A stretch of DNA of 64,000 nucleotides from Acetobacteraceae bacterium (lineage in GTDB: Bacteria > Pseudomonadota > Alphaproteobacteria > Acetobacterales > Acetobacteraceae). The translations under genes and the position numbers were made by a program. Each line of letters starts with the position of its first letter. Position 1 is the stretch's first letter. Of the stretch, positions 49,160-57,779 are shown one piece after another. The notes beneath the pieces are model-generated. The model was not told the origin of the DNA, ran no database searches, and saw only the letters and a list, made by a program, of their open reading frames with translations. Where the stretch lies: positions 3,257,970 to 3,321,969 of the forward strand of contig OZ244581.1 in NCBI GenBank assembly GCA_965217935.1, read 5' to 3'.

Positions 49160-51235
49160 ATGCAGCACGCTCGTCTCGCCGTCGACATCGGGGGCACGTT
49201 CACCGACCTTGCCATCGAGCACGGCCCGGCCCGGACCACGATGAAGGTCCTGACCACGCCCTCGGAGCCGGAGCGCGGCGTGCTGGACGGGATCGCGGCC
49301 TTGCTGCGTCAGGCCGGGCTTGCAGCGGCCGACATCGGCATCTTCGTCCACGGCACGACGCTCGCCACCAACGCGATCATCGAGCGCAAAGGGGCACGGA
49401 CGGCGCTGGTCACCACGCAGGGGTTCCGCGACGTGCTGGCGCTCGGCAACGAGAGCCGCTACGACCAGTACGACCTAAACATCGTGCTGCCGCAGCCGCT
49501 GGTTCCGCGCCATCTTCGCCTGCCGGTGCCGGAGCGGCTGGACAATCTGGGCGAGGTGCTGCTGCCGCTTGACGAGGGCGCGGTCGCGGCGCTGGTCCCG
49601 ATCCTGCGGCGCGAGGCTGTCGAGAGCGTCGCGGTCGGCTACCTGCACAGCTTCGCCAACCCGGCGCATGAGCGGCGCACGCGCGATTTGCTCAGGGCGG
49701 CCTTGCCGGACCTGGCCGTCAGCCTGTCGTCGGACGTCTCGCCCGAGATGCGCGAGTGGGAGCGGTTCAGCACGACGGCCGCCAACGCCTACGTGCAGCC
49801 GCTGATCAGCGGCTACCTCGGGCGGCTTGAACAGGGGCTTCGCGAGATCGGCGTCGAGGCGCCGGTGTTCCTCATGCTTTCCGGCGGCGGGCTGACGACG
49901 ATCGAGACGGCCCGCCGGTTCCCGATCCGGCTGGTCGAGAGCGGGCCGGCCGGGGGCGCTATCTTCGCCGCCGACATCGCGCGGACCTGCGGGCTGGAGC
50001 GGGTGCTCAGCTTCGACATGGGGGGAACCACCGCCAAGATCTGCCTGATCGACGCGTTCCAGCCGCAAACCTCGCGCACGTTCGAGGTGGCCCGCGTCGG
50101 GCGGTTCAAGAAAGGCTCCGGGCTGCCGCTGCGGATTCCGGTGATCGAGATGGTCGAGATCGGCGCCGGCGGCGGCAGCTTGGCGCACCTTGATGCGTTG
50201 GGCCGGATCGCGGTCGGCCCGGAGAGCGCCGGGGCGGACCCGGGGCCAGCCTGCTATGGCCGCGGCGGCGAGCGGCCCGCGGTGACGGACGCCAACCTGG
50301 CGCTCGGCCGGTATGAGCCGGCGCGGTTCGCCGGCGGCACGATGGCGCTCGACATGGCCGCGGCGGAACGGGCGCTGGACGCCGCGGTCGGCGGGCCGCT
50401 CGGGCTGGCGCCCGGGATCGCGGCGTTGGGCGTGATCGAGATGGTGGACGAGAACATGGCCAACGCCGCGCGCGTCCATGCCATCGAGAGCGGCAAGACC
50501 TATGCCGGGCGCACGCTGATCGCGTTCGGCGGCGGCGGGCCGGTCCATGCTTACCGGGTTGCCGAGAAGGTGGGGATCGGCCGCGTGCTCGTGCCGGTCG
50601 GCGCGGGCGTCGGCAGCGCCATCGGCTTCCTGCGCGCTCCGGTCGGCTACGAAGTGGTGCGCAGCCTGTATCAGCGGCTCGGCACGTTCGAGGCGGACGC
50701 CGTCAACGAGCTGCTCGCCGGCATGGCTGCCGAGGCCGCGGCGGCGGTCGCGCTCGGCAGCTTCGGCGCGGACACGGTGGAGACGCGCACGTTATACATG
50801 CGCTATGTCGGGCAAGGGCATGAGATCCCGGTGCCCTTGCCGGTCGAGGCGCTGACCGAGGCCGGCGTCGGCAGGCTGCGTGCCGCGTTCGATGCCGCGT
50901 ATGCGCGGTTTTACGACCGGCCGGTGCCGGGTTCGGATGTCGAGATCATGAGTTACGCGGTGACGGTCAGCACCGTGGCCGGCGCCGTGCCGTCGCCGGC
51001 GCTGCCTGAACCCGTGCCCGCTCCGCCCCGGCGGCAAGCGGTACGCGATACGGCGACCGGCGAGGTGGCGGACTGGACGGTGCATGACCGATCCAGCCTC
51101 GGTGCGGACGCCCGCGTTGCCGGCCCGGCCATCATCGCCGAGGATGAAACGAGCACGCTGGTCGGGCCCGGCTGGGTTGCCGCCATCGACGCGCGCGGCG
51201 TCCTGGATATGCGGCGGGATTTGAAGGGCGGCTGA
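49160..51235 (+). CDS. hydantoinase/oxoprolinase family protein, A (HyuA-like) subunit
   Basis: 'LAVDIGGTFTDL', 'HGTTLATNAIIERKG', 'SFDMGGTTAKI', 'GGGGPVHA'. No B-subunit gene follows. Confidence 0.85.
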   Translation: MQHARLAVDIGGTFTDLAIEHGPARTTMKVLTTPSEPERGVLDGIAALLRQAGLAAADIGIFVHGTTLATNAIIERKGARTALVTTQGFRDVLALGNESRYDQYDLNIVLPQPLVPRHLRLPVPERLDNLGEVLLPLDEGAVAALVPILRREAVESVAVGYLHSFANPAHERRTRDLLRAALPDLAVSLSSDVSPEMREWERFSTTAANAYVQPLISGYLGRLEQGLREIGVEAPVFLMLSGGGLTTIETARRFPIRLVESGPAGGAIFAADIARTCGLERVLSFDMGGTTAKICLIDAFQPQTSRTFEVARVGRFKKGSGLPLRIPVIEMVEIGAGGGSLAHLDALGRIAVGPESAGADPGPACYGRGGERPAVTDANLALGRYEPARFAGGTMALDMAAAERALDAAVGGPLGLAPGIAALGVIEMVDENMANAARVHAIESGKTYAGRTLIAFGGGGPVHAYRVAEKVGIGRVLVPVGAGVGSAIGFLRAPVGYEVVRSLYQRLGTFEADAVNELLAGMAAEAAAAVALGSFGADTVETRTLYMRYVGQGHEIPVPLPVEALTEAGVGRLRAAFDAAYARFYDRPVPGSDVEIMSYAVTVSTVAGAVPSPALPEPVPAPPRRQAVRDTATGEVADWTVHDRSSLGADARVAGPAIIAEDETSTLVGPGWVAAIDARGVLDMRRDLKGG

Positions 51236-51358
51236 CAGGCTTGAAGCTGACGTCTACGGCTGATCGGACTGACAAAACATGACAGTAACGATTGATTAAC
51301 AATTAGCGTATAAGCAGTAGGCATTGTAATATGCCTTCAAACGCTAGGTTGATGTCTT

Positions 51359-53734
51359 TTGGCAGATAATTACCGTTTCGTTGGCGGAGAGGCATTCGTT
51401 CCCTCGCGCGTTTTGCGGGAGGGATGGCAATACCGCTCCGCGCCGCCCAGCGACGCGGCCCCGCCCGCGGACGGCATTTGGCAACCGGTCATGCTGCCCG
51501 ACGACGTGGGTATCGCGGAGAGTGACGCGCTCGATCACTGGTTCCGGCTTGATGCGGAGCTGCCCGGCGGGTCAACGCTGGAGTTCCGCGGCCTCGCGAC
51601 GCTGTCGGAGGTTTGGCTCGACGGCGCGCTGCTGTGCCGTCACGAGACCATGTTCCGCCCGTTGCGGATAACGGTTCCGGGTTCCGGCGGCGGTCGGCTC
51701 GATCTATGCTTCCGGGCGCTCGCGGCAAGCCATCGGCGCATGAAGCGTCCGCGCTGGCGCAACCGGCTGGTCGAGGATGAGACGTTCAGGGGGGTGCGGA
51801 CATCGCTGCTCGGGCGCATGGCGCGCACGGGGCGGCCGGTTATCGGGCCGTTCCGCCCGGTTGTGCTGCACCCGCCGGGCGCGGCGCCGCGCCTGGAGCG
51901 GCTGCATGCGACGCTGCAGGATGGCGCCGGAATGATCGAGGTATGGTTCTCAGGGCCGAATGCGGCCCGGTGCGCCGGGTTCGTCACGGCGGGCGGCCAG
52001 CAGGCGCGGCTGGAGCCGCAAGGCGAAGGTTTAGTTGCCAGGCTGACGCTACCCGATCCGCCGCTTTGGTGGCCGCATACGCATGGCGAACCGACCTTGG
52101 TCGAGGTGACGGCTTCGCTCGATGGGCAGGAGATGCCGCTGGGCAGGACCGGATTCCGCTCGGTTGAGCGAGCGGGCCACGGCGGGCTGGCCCTGCGCGT
52201 CAACGGCGAGACGGTCTTCTGCCGCGGCGCATTATGGAGTGGTGGCGGCGAGGCGACGCTGCCGACGGCGCGGAGCGGCGGCATCAACATGCTCCGCGTT
52301 CCTGGATATGCCGTGTACCCGGAACGGAGCTTTTTCGAGGCGTGCGATAAGCTAGGGTTACTAGTCTGGCAGGATTTTATGTTTGCCCGAGCGGATTACC
52401 CGCGCAATTCCTCTTTCCTGGAGGAGGCAGGCGCGGAGGCGCGGTGGTTTCTCGATGAAACGGCAGGCTCGCCATCTTTGGCAGTATTATGCGGCGGACA
52501 TGAGGTCACTCAAGCTGCCGCGATGGCTGGCCGCCCTGTTGCGGAGTGGCAACACCCTTTGTTTAACGAGATCCTGCCGGATTCGGTTGTTTCTCTTCGG
52601 CCGGACGTTGTCTATGTGTCGAACGCGCCTTTCAATGAGCAACGCGATGGACTGCCGCCCTTCGCCGTGTCCGCTTCGGTGACGCACTACTTCGGCATCG
52701 GAGGGTATTTGCGGCCGTTATCGGATTCCGCCGGGGTTCGCTTCGCTGCCGCCTGCCTGGCGTTCGCCAACCCGGAAGACCCGGACGAATGCCGGGCGCT
52801 CTCGCCCGTTCCCGGCGATGCCGGCTGGCAGCAGGCGGTCCCGCGCGACCTCGGCGCGTCTTGGCATTTCGACGATGTGCGGGATCATTACGTCGCGACG
52901 CTGTTTCAGCAGGACCCCGCGTCGCTGCGCCGGACCGACCCCGAGCGCTGGCTCGCATTTGGGCGTGCGGCCGTGGCTTTGTCGATGCAGTCGGCCTTCG
53001 CCGCATGGCGCACCGATCCGCGCTGCGGCGGCGGTTTGGTGCTGTCGTGGCAGGATCACGCGCCTGGACCTGGCTGGGGGATCATGAGCAGCAACGGACG
53101 TCCGAAATCTGCCTTTCATGCGCTCGCCGGCGTGCTTGGACCGATCCAGGCGCTGCTGGTCGATAAGGGATTGGACGGGGTGGTCGCGCACCTGTTCAAC
53201 GAAACGGCCCGGCCCCGCCTGGTGCGCCTGCAACTCCGCGGCCTCACGCCGGGCGGGGCCGTTCAGGTATTGGCCGAGACCGAGCATGCGCTCGATGCAC
53301 GCGGTCATGCCGTGCGTCCAGCGACGGCGCTGATGGGCCGCTTCCAGGACCTGGCCGGGAGCTGGCAGTTCGGTCCGCCGCCGTACAGGGCGTTGAGCGC
53401 TTGTCTCAGCGATGTCGAAAGCAAGGCAGTCTTGTCCGAAGCCACGATCTTCCCCGTCAGCCCCTTGCTGCCGCGCGAGGATGTTGGGCTGGAGGCGGTC
53501 CTGTCGCCATGCGAACCTTGGGCGATCACGCTTCACGTGAAACGCTTCGCCCAATTCGTCATGATCGATGCGGGCGGCTACGTGCCGGAGACCAACCATC
53601 TGCACCTTTGGCCCGGCGAGACGCGGCGGATCGCCTTGCGCGCGAGCGCCTCGGCCCAGCTCTCCTCGATGCCAAGCGGAAGCGTTGCCGCGCTCAACGG
53701 CACGGCCGTGGCTTACTTTCAGGCAGCCGCATGA
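51359..53734 (+). CDS. glycoside hydrolase family 2 (beta-mannosidase-like) homologue, no signal peptide
   Basis: TTG start. 'WWPHTHGEPTL', 'GINMLRV', 'FFEACDKLGLLVWQDFMFA', 'LCGGHEV', 'THYFGIGGY'. The expected nucleophile segment reads 'RFAAACLAFANP'. Confidence 0.65.
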   Translation: MADNYRFVGGEAFVPSRVLREGWQYRSAPPSDAAPPADGIWQPVMLPDDVGIAESDALDHWFRLDAELPGGSTLEFRGLATLSEVWLDGALLCRHETMFRPLRITVPGSGGGRLDLCFRALAASHRRMKRPRWRNRLVEDETFRGVRTSLLGRMARTGRPVIGPFRPVVLHPPGAAPRLERLHATLQDGAGMIEVWFSGPNAARCAGFVTAGGQQARLEPQGEGLVARLTLPDPPLWWPHTHGEPTLVEVTASLDGQEMPLGRTGFRSVERAGHGGLALRVNGETVFCRGALWSGGGEATLPTARSGGINMLRVPGYAVYPERSFFEACDKLGLLVWQDFMFARADYPRNSSFLEEAGAEARWFLDETAGSPSLAVLCGGHEVTQAAAMAGRPVAEWQHPLFNEILPDSVVSLRPDVVYVSNAPFNEQRDGLPPFAVSASVTHYFGIGGYLRPLSDSAGVRFAAACLAFANPEDPDECRALSPVPGDAGWQQAVPRDLGASWHFDDVRDHYVATLFQQDPASLRRTDPERWLAFGRAAVALSMQSAFAAWRTDPRCGGGLVLSWQDHAPGPGWGIMSSNGRPKSAFHALAGVLGPIQALLVDKGLDGVVAHLFNETARPRLVRLQLRGLTPGGAVQVLAETEHALDARGHAVRPATALMGRFQDLAGSWQFGPPPYRALSACLSDVESKAVLSEATIFPVSPLLPREDVGLEAVLSPCEPWAITLHVKRFAQFVMIDAGGYVPETNHLHLWPGETRRIALRASASAQLSSMPSGSVAALNGTAVAYFQAAA

Positions 53735-53862
53735 TGCGCCGGTCGGCGATCTGCCTGCAGCGGCGCCGGGAGATCGGTCTTGTGCGAAGCCCGCACCGCA
53801 AGTCCGCCGTCTTAACCCGGGCTTAGTCTTTTCGTCGGATGGTGCTGAAGGAGTATTTGAAC

Positions 53863-54120
53863 ATGAGCGTCGATGTGTCCGAGAATACTGAGGTTGCGTT
53901 GCGGGAAGTATTGGCGGAGCTGCGGTTGAGCGGCCACGCGGTCGGGCGGAATGACGACCTCGCTGCCGCAGGCCTGACCTCGCTCGCAACGGTCGACCTC
54001 ATGCTGGCGATCGAGGACCGTTTCGCGATCGAGTTCCCGGAAACCATGCTGAACCGCCGGACATTCGCGACGCTCGCGAACCTGACCGCGGCGGTCGATA
54101 CGTTGCGGTCGTCGACATGA
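53863..54120 (+). CDS. acyl/aminoacyl carrier protein
   Basis: 85 aa. AAGGAG lies 8 nt upstream of the ATG. Phosphopantetheine-site-like 'AAGLTSLATVDLMLAIE'. Confidence 0.75.
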   Translation: MSVDVSENTEVALREVLAELRLSGHAVGRNDDLAAAGLTSLATVDLMLAIEDRFAIEFPETMLNRRTFATLANLTAAVDTLRSST

Positions 54121-55307
54121 CAGCTTTGATGCCGCGGATGCCGGCGGCTGGCAGCGTGGCATCGGAGGCGCGGCGGATCGCGCGGGACTTCGCGATGCCG
54201 GCGGCCCAAGCGGTCGATGCCGAACGGCGTCTCCCGTTTGAGGCAATCGCCGCGTTGCGAGAGGCCGGATTGCTGGGCGCCGCGGTGCCGCGCTCGCATG
54301 GCGGGCTCGGGACAGGGATCGCCGACATTGCCGCTGCCTGCTTCGAGCTTGGCCAGGGCTGCTCGAGTGCCGCGATGGTGTTCGCGATGCACCAGATTCA
54401 AGTCGCGTGCCTGTGCCGCCATGCCGGCGATGAGCCGTGGCAGTCGATGTTCCTTCGCCGGGTCGCTGACGAAGGGCTGCTGCTCGCCTCAGGCACGACC
54501 GAGGGCGCGACCGGCGGCGACGTGAGGCAAAGCAACTGCGCCATGCTTGCAGACGATGGTTCGGTGCGGGTCGAGAAGGCGGGTTGCGTGATTTCCTATG
54601 CCGCCGCCGCCGATGGCGTCCTGATTACGGCCCGGCGTGACCCGGACGCGCCGGGCAACGACCAAGTTCTGCTCGTCGCAGAACGGTCGCAGCTCGAGTT
54701 AGAAGAGAAGGGAACTTGGGACACGCTGGGGATGCGCGGCACCGATAGCCGGGGCTACCGCCTGCGAGCCGTATGCCGCCCCGGGCAGGTCATGCCGGCG
54801 CCCTATGCCGTCATCTCGGCCGAGACGATGTTGCCGGTATCGCATATCGTCTGGGCGTCGCTTTGGCTCGGCATCGCGACGGACGCTTGCAACCGGGCGC
54901 GCCGCGCTGTTCGCGATCGTGCCCGAAAGGCGCCCGGCCGGACGCCGGCGGGCGCTGGCCGACTGGCTGAAACGCTCGTGATGATGCAGAGCGCCCGGGC
55001 AACGCTGATCGAGGCGGTGCACCGTTACGAGGCGGCGCTGGCTGAGCCTGAGCGGCTCGGCTCGATCTCGTTCGGCTTAGCGATGAACAGCCTAAAAGCG
55101 GCGGCGAGCACGGCCTCGATTCAGATTGTGAGCCACGCGATGCAAGCGATCGGCCTGGCGGGCTATCGCAACGACACGCCCTACAGCGTCGCCCGGCACC
55201 TGCGCGACGTCCACTCGTCGGTGCTGATGATCGGCAACGACCGCATACTCGCCAACAACGCCAACATGGTTGCAGCTTATCGCGGTGAGGAGCCGTTATT
55301 CGCATGA
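54117..55307 (+). CDS. acyl-CoA dehydrogenase family flavoprotein
   Basis: 396 aa, ACAD three-domain layout. 'LASGTTEGATGGD' and C-terminal 'ARHLRDVHSSVLMIGNDRIL'. Its ATG overlaps the carrier-protein stop (ATGA). Confidence 0.8.
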   Translation: MTALMPRMPAAGSVASEARRIARDFAMPAAQAVDAERRLPFEAIAALREAGLLGAAVPRSHGGLGTGIADIAAACFELGQGCSSAAMVFAMHQIQVACLCRHAGDEPWQSMFLRRVADEGLLLASGTTEGATGGDVRQSNCAMLADDGSVRVEKAGCVISYAAAADGVLITARRDPDAPGNDQVLLVAERSQLELEEKGTWDTLGMRGTDSRGYRLRAVCRPGQVMPAPYAVISAETMLPVSHIVWASLWLGIATDACNRARRAVRDRARKAPGRTPAGAGRLAETLVMMQSARATLIEAVHRYEAALAEPERLGSISFGLAMNSLKAAASTASIQIVSHAMQAIGLAGYRNDTPYSVARHLRDVHSSVLMIGNDRILANNANMVAAYRGEEPLFA

Positions 55308-56200
55308 GCGGTCTGGTTTCAGAGATGGTGTCGGCCGGGCTGATGCTGCCGAGTGCGGCGCAGGGCGTGGTGGCGTGGTCAGGCGATTTCCAATCGGTCG
55401 TGACCGGGCTTGAACGACTGCTTGACCAGGAGGCGGCCGGGCAGGGTATGGAGGTGGTGCGCTTTCCGCCGATCATGCCGCGCAAACACTTCGAGACCAG
55501 CGGCTACATGAAGGGCTTCCCGCAGCTTGCCGGCACGATCCACTGCTTTTGCGGCACGGAGGCCGACCACCGGACGCTGCTCCGCTGCCTGTCCGAAAGC
55601 GAGGACTGGACTGGCCAACAGCGCGCGAGCGACGTGGTGCTCACCCCGGCTGCATGCTACCCGGTTTACCCGCTCCTGGCGCAGCGGGGGCCGCTGCCCG
55701 AGGGTGGCCTGACGATCGACTTGATGTCGTGGTGCTATCGAGAAGAGCCGTCCGAGCATCCGGCGCGAATGCGCAGCTTCCGCCTGCGCGAATTCGTACG
55801 GGTCGGGTCGGCGGACGATATCAAGGCGTTCCGTACGCATTGGATGGCGAAAGCTCAAGACATCGCGGCTCGACTGGGTCTGAGGGCAGAAATCGATATT
55901 GCCAATGACCCGTTTTTCGGTCGGTCTGGCAAGCTCCGTGCCGGGATGCAGCGTGAGGAGCAGGCAAAGTTCGAGCTGCTGATCCCGATTGAAGGGAACT
56001 CGCCGAGCGCCTGCGCGAGTTTCAACGATGCCAAGGATCTGTTCGGCGGCCTGTTCGGTTTGCAGCAGTCGGATGGCACGACGGCGCGAACCGGATGCGT
56101 TGGGTTCGGGATCGAGCGGATGGTGCTGGCCATGTTCCGCCAGCACGGGGTGAGCGTCGCCGATTGGCCGATCGAGGTGCGGAAGGCGCTCGACCTCTGA
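55304..56200 (+). CDS. amino acid:[carrier protein] ligase (class II aaRS catalytic-core homologue lacking a tRNA-binding domain)
   Basis: 298 aa. Motif-2-like 'FRLREFVRVG', motif-3-like 'GCVGFGIERM', 'LTPAACYPVY'. Its ATG overlaps the ACAD stop (ATGA). Matches the SerRS-like carrier-protein ligases of Bradyrhizobium/Agrobacterium as I recall them. Confidence 0.8.
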   Translation: MSGLVSEMVSAGLMLPSAAQGVVAWSGDFQSVVTGLERLLDQEAAGQGMEVVRFPPIMPRKHFETSGYMKGFPQLAGTIHCFCGTEADHRTLLRCLSESEDWTGQQRASDVVLTPAACYPVYPLLAQRGPLPEGGLTIDLMSWCYREEPSEHPARMRSFRLREFVRVGSADDIKAFRTHWMAKAQDIAARLGLRAEIDIANDPFFGRSGKLRAGMQREEQAKFELLIPIEGNSPSACASFNDAKDLFGGLFGLQQSDGTTARTGCVGFGIERMVLAMFRQHGVSVADWPIEVRKALDL

Positions 56201-57222
56201 TGCAGTGCCGTATCACCACTACCGAGCCCGAAGCATTTGCGCTCTCATCGCTGAACAATTCTTCGCGGACTTGGCCGGAGTCCAACTGCTATCTCGACCT
56301 CTGGATCGGGCTGCTGCGAACGGTTGGGCAGGATGCCCGGCCGCTGATGGGGGCTGCGACCGGGATGCGTTGGGAGGGCGATCACTTCACCTTTATCAAG
56401 CCGAATGCCGCAGACCTGTTTGATCTTGCTGGCGTGGTAATGCACGAATTGGCGCTTTGGGACGAGGTCGAGGCCCAGGTCGCGACCCAACTTACAGCCG
56501 GATCGGCGCCGTTGCCGGAAGTGGATTCGTTCTTTCTTCCGGACACCGGCGACTACCAGCGTCAGCACAGCAAGACGACGATCGGGATCGTCGCGATCGA
56601 CACGACTGCCCGGGTTCTGGATTACGTCCATAATGGCGGGCTGTTTCGCTTGAGCGGCGATGACTATGCGGGCGTATTAAGCCTGGCTCCTCATGCCCGA
56701 ATGCTGTTTCCGTATGCGGAACTGGCGCGCCTGCCCTCGGCAGCTCCCAGTCTCGCGAGCCAACACGCCGCGGCTCGCCTCGTGTTGGGGCGGCTCAACG
56801 CCATGCGCGGTCCAGGCAATCCGGTTGAGCAGTTCGCGGCGGCGCTGCCCTTGCTTTTCGAGCGGCCGGGACTCGCGAATAAGGTCCACGCCCTATGCTT
56901 CAACACGGCCCGGCAACTTGGCGCCGGGTTCGGCCTATTGGCTGAGCACCTGGCCTGGCTTGGCAGCAATGCCGAGGCGGCAGAGCGGCTGTCCGACCAA
57001 GCGAAGACGTTCCAATTTCAGCTTGCGCGGGCCGCCCGGCGCGGGCGCTATGACCCGGCGCTGGCGATTGCGTTGAATGGCATGGCCGAGAGCTGGTCTG
57101 AAGTTGCTGCCGTTCTGGCGCTGGCCGCGTCAAGTGGCATGAAGCCGGAGCGGGCGAGCCAAACCATCGCTGCATTTTGGCGTTCTGGGGAAATGGTAAT
57201 CGATGTTGAGGGTCACGGTTGA
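56200..57222 (+). CDS. DUF1839-like protein
   Basis: 340 aa from 'MQCRITTTEPEAF'. 'WPESNCYLDLWIGLL' near the N-terminus. Its start overlaps the ligase stop (TGATG). Family assignment is from memory. Confidence 0.5.
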   Translation: MQCRITTTEPEAFALSSLNNSSRTWPESNCYLDLWIGLLRTVGQDARPLMGAATGMRWEGDHFTFIKPNAADLFDLAGVVMHELALWDEVEAQVATQLTAGSAPLPEVDSFFLPDTGDYQRQHSKTTIGIVAIDTTARVLDYVHNGGLFRLSGDDYAGVLSLAPHARMLFPYAELARLPSAAPSLASQHAAARLVLGRLNAMRGPGNPVEQFAAALPLLFERPGLANKVHALCFNTARQLGAGFGLLAEHLAWLGSNAEAAERLSDQAKTFQFQLARAARRGRYDPALAIALNGMAESWSEVAAVLALAASSGMKPERASQTIAAFWRSGEMVIDVEGHG

Positions 57223-57707
57223 TGGTTGAGAAAGTTGGCCGCAGAACGGCATTGCAACTCACGGCCACGGCTTTGTTCGCAATGCCGCTTGCGGCCTGTG
57301 TTGGCGTGGCTTACGGGCCTGTCCCTGTAGCAGGCCCGTATCAGCGATACGACCTTTCAGCCGATGTCTTGTTTGATTTCGGCAGCGCGAAATTGCGGTC
57401 GGGCGCAGACTCTGCACTGCAGGCGATATTGGCGCAAATGCGCAACGTCTACCCATACCCGGCAATCCGCGTTGAAGGCTACACCGACAGCGTCGGTAGT
57501 GTCGCAACGAACGACGTTCTTTCAACGGCGCGAGCTGAAACAGTGAAACGATGGTTGATTGCGGCAGGCATCCCGCCACAAGTCATCACGGCGCAAGGGT
57601 TTGGAGAGCAGCGGCCGGTCGCGCCCAACACGCTTCCCGATAGGGCTGACAATCCCGAGGGCCGGGCGCAAAACCGGCGTGTCGAGTTGATCGCATCTCC
57701 GGCTTAG
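57222..57707 (+). CDS. OmpA-family peptidoglycan-binding lipoprotein
   Basis: Lipobox 'MPLAAC'. OmpA_C motifs 'DVLFDFGSAKL', 'VEGYTDSVGS...NDVLSTARAETV', 'NRRVEL'. Its start overlaps the upstream stop (TGATG). Confidence 0.85.
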   Translation: MVEKVGRRTALQLTATALFAMPLAACVGVAYGPVPVAGPYQRYDLSADVLFDFGSAKLRSGADSALQAILAQMRNVYPYPAIRVEGYTDSVGSVATNDVLSTARAETVKRWLIAAGIPPQVITAQGFGEQRPVAPNTLPDRADNPEGRAQNRRVELIASPA

Positions 57708-57779
57708 GGCCGGGCTAAACCGCCCTGGATTTGTCGAAGACGGATGTTATTGAGTTATGCCCGTAAGGTGGGCTTCTCA

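Noticed and set aside
54117-55307. Idea that the ACAD-like protein lacks a catalytic base ('LMIGNDR' where MCAD has 'IYEGT')
   Set aside because: IVD-type ACADs place the base elsewhere, and this protein has a Glu in 'ISAETML' that might align there. The question cannot be decided without a real alignment.
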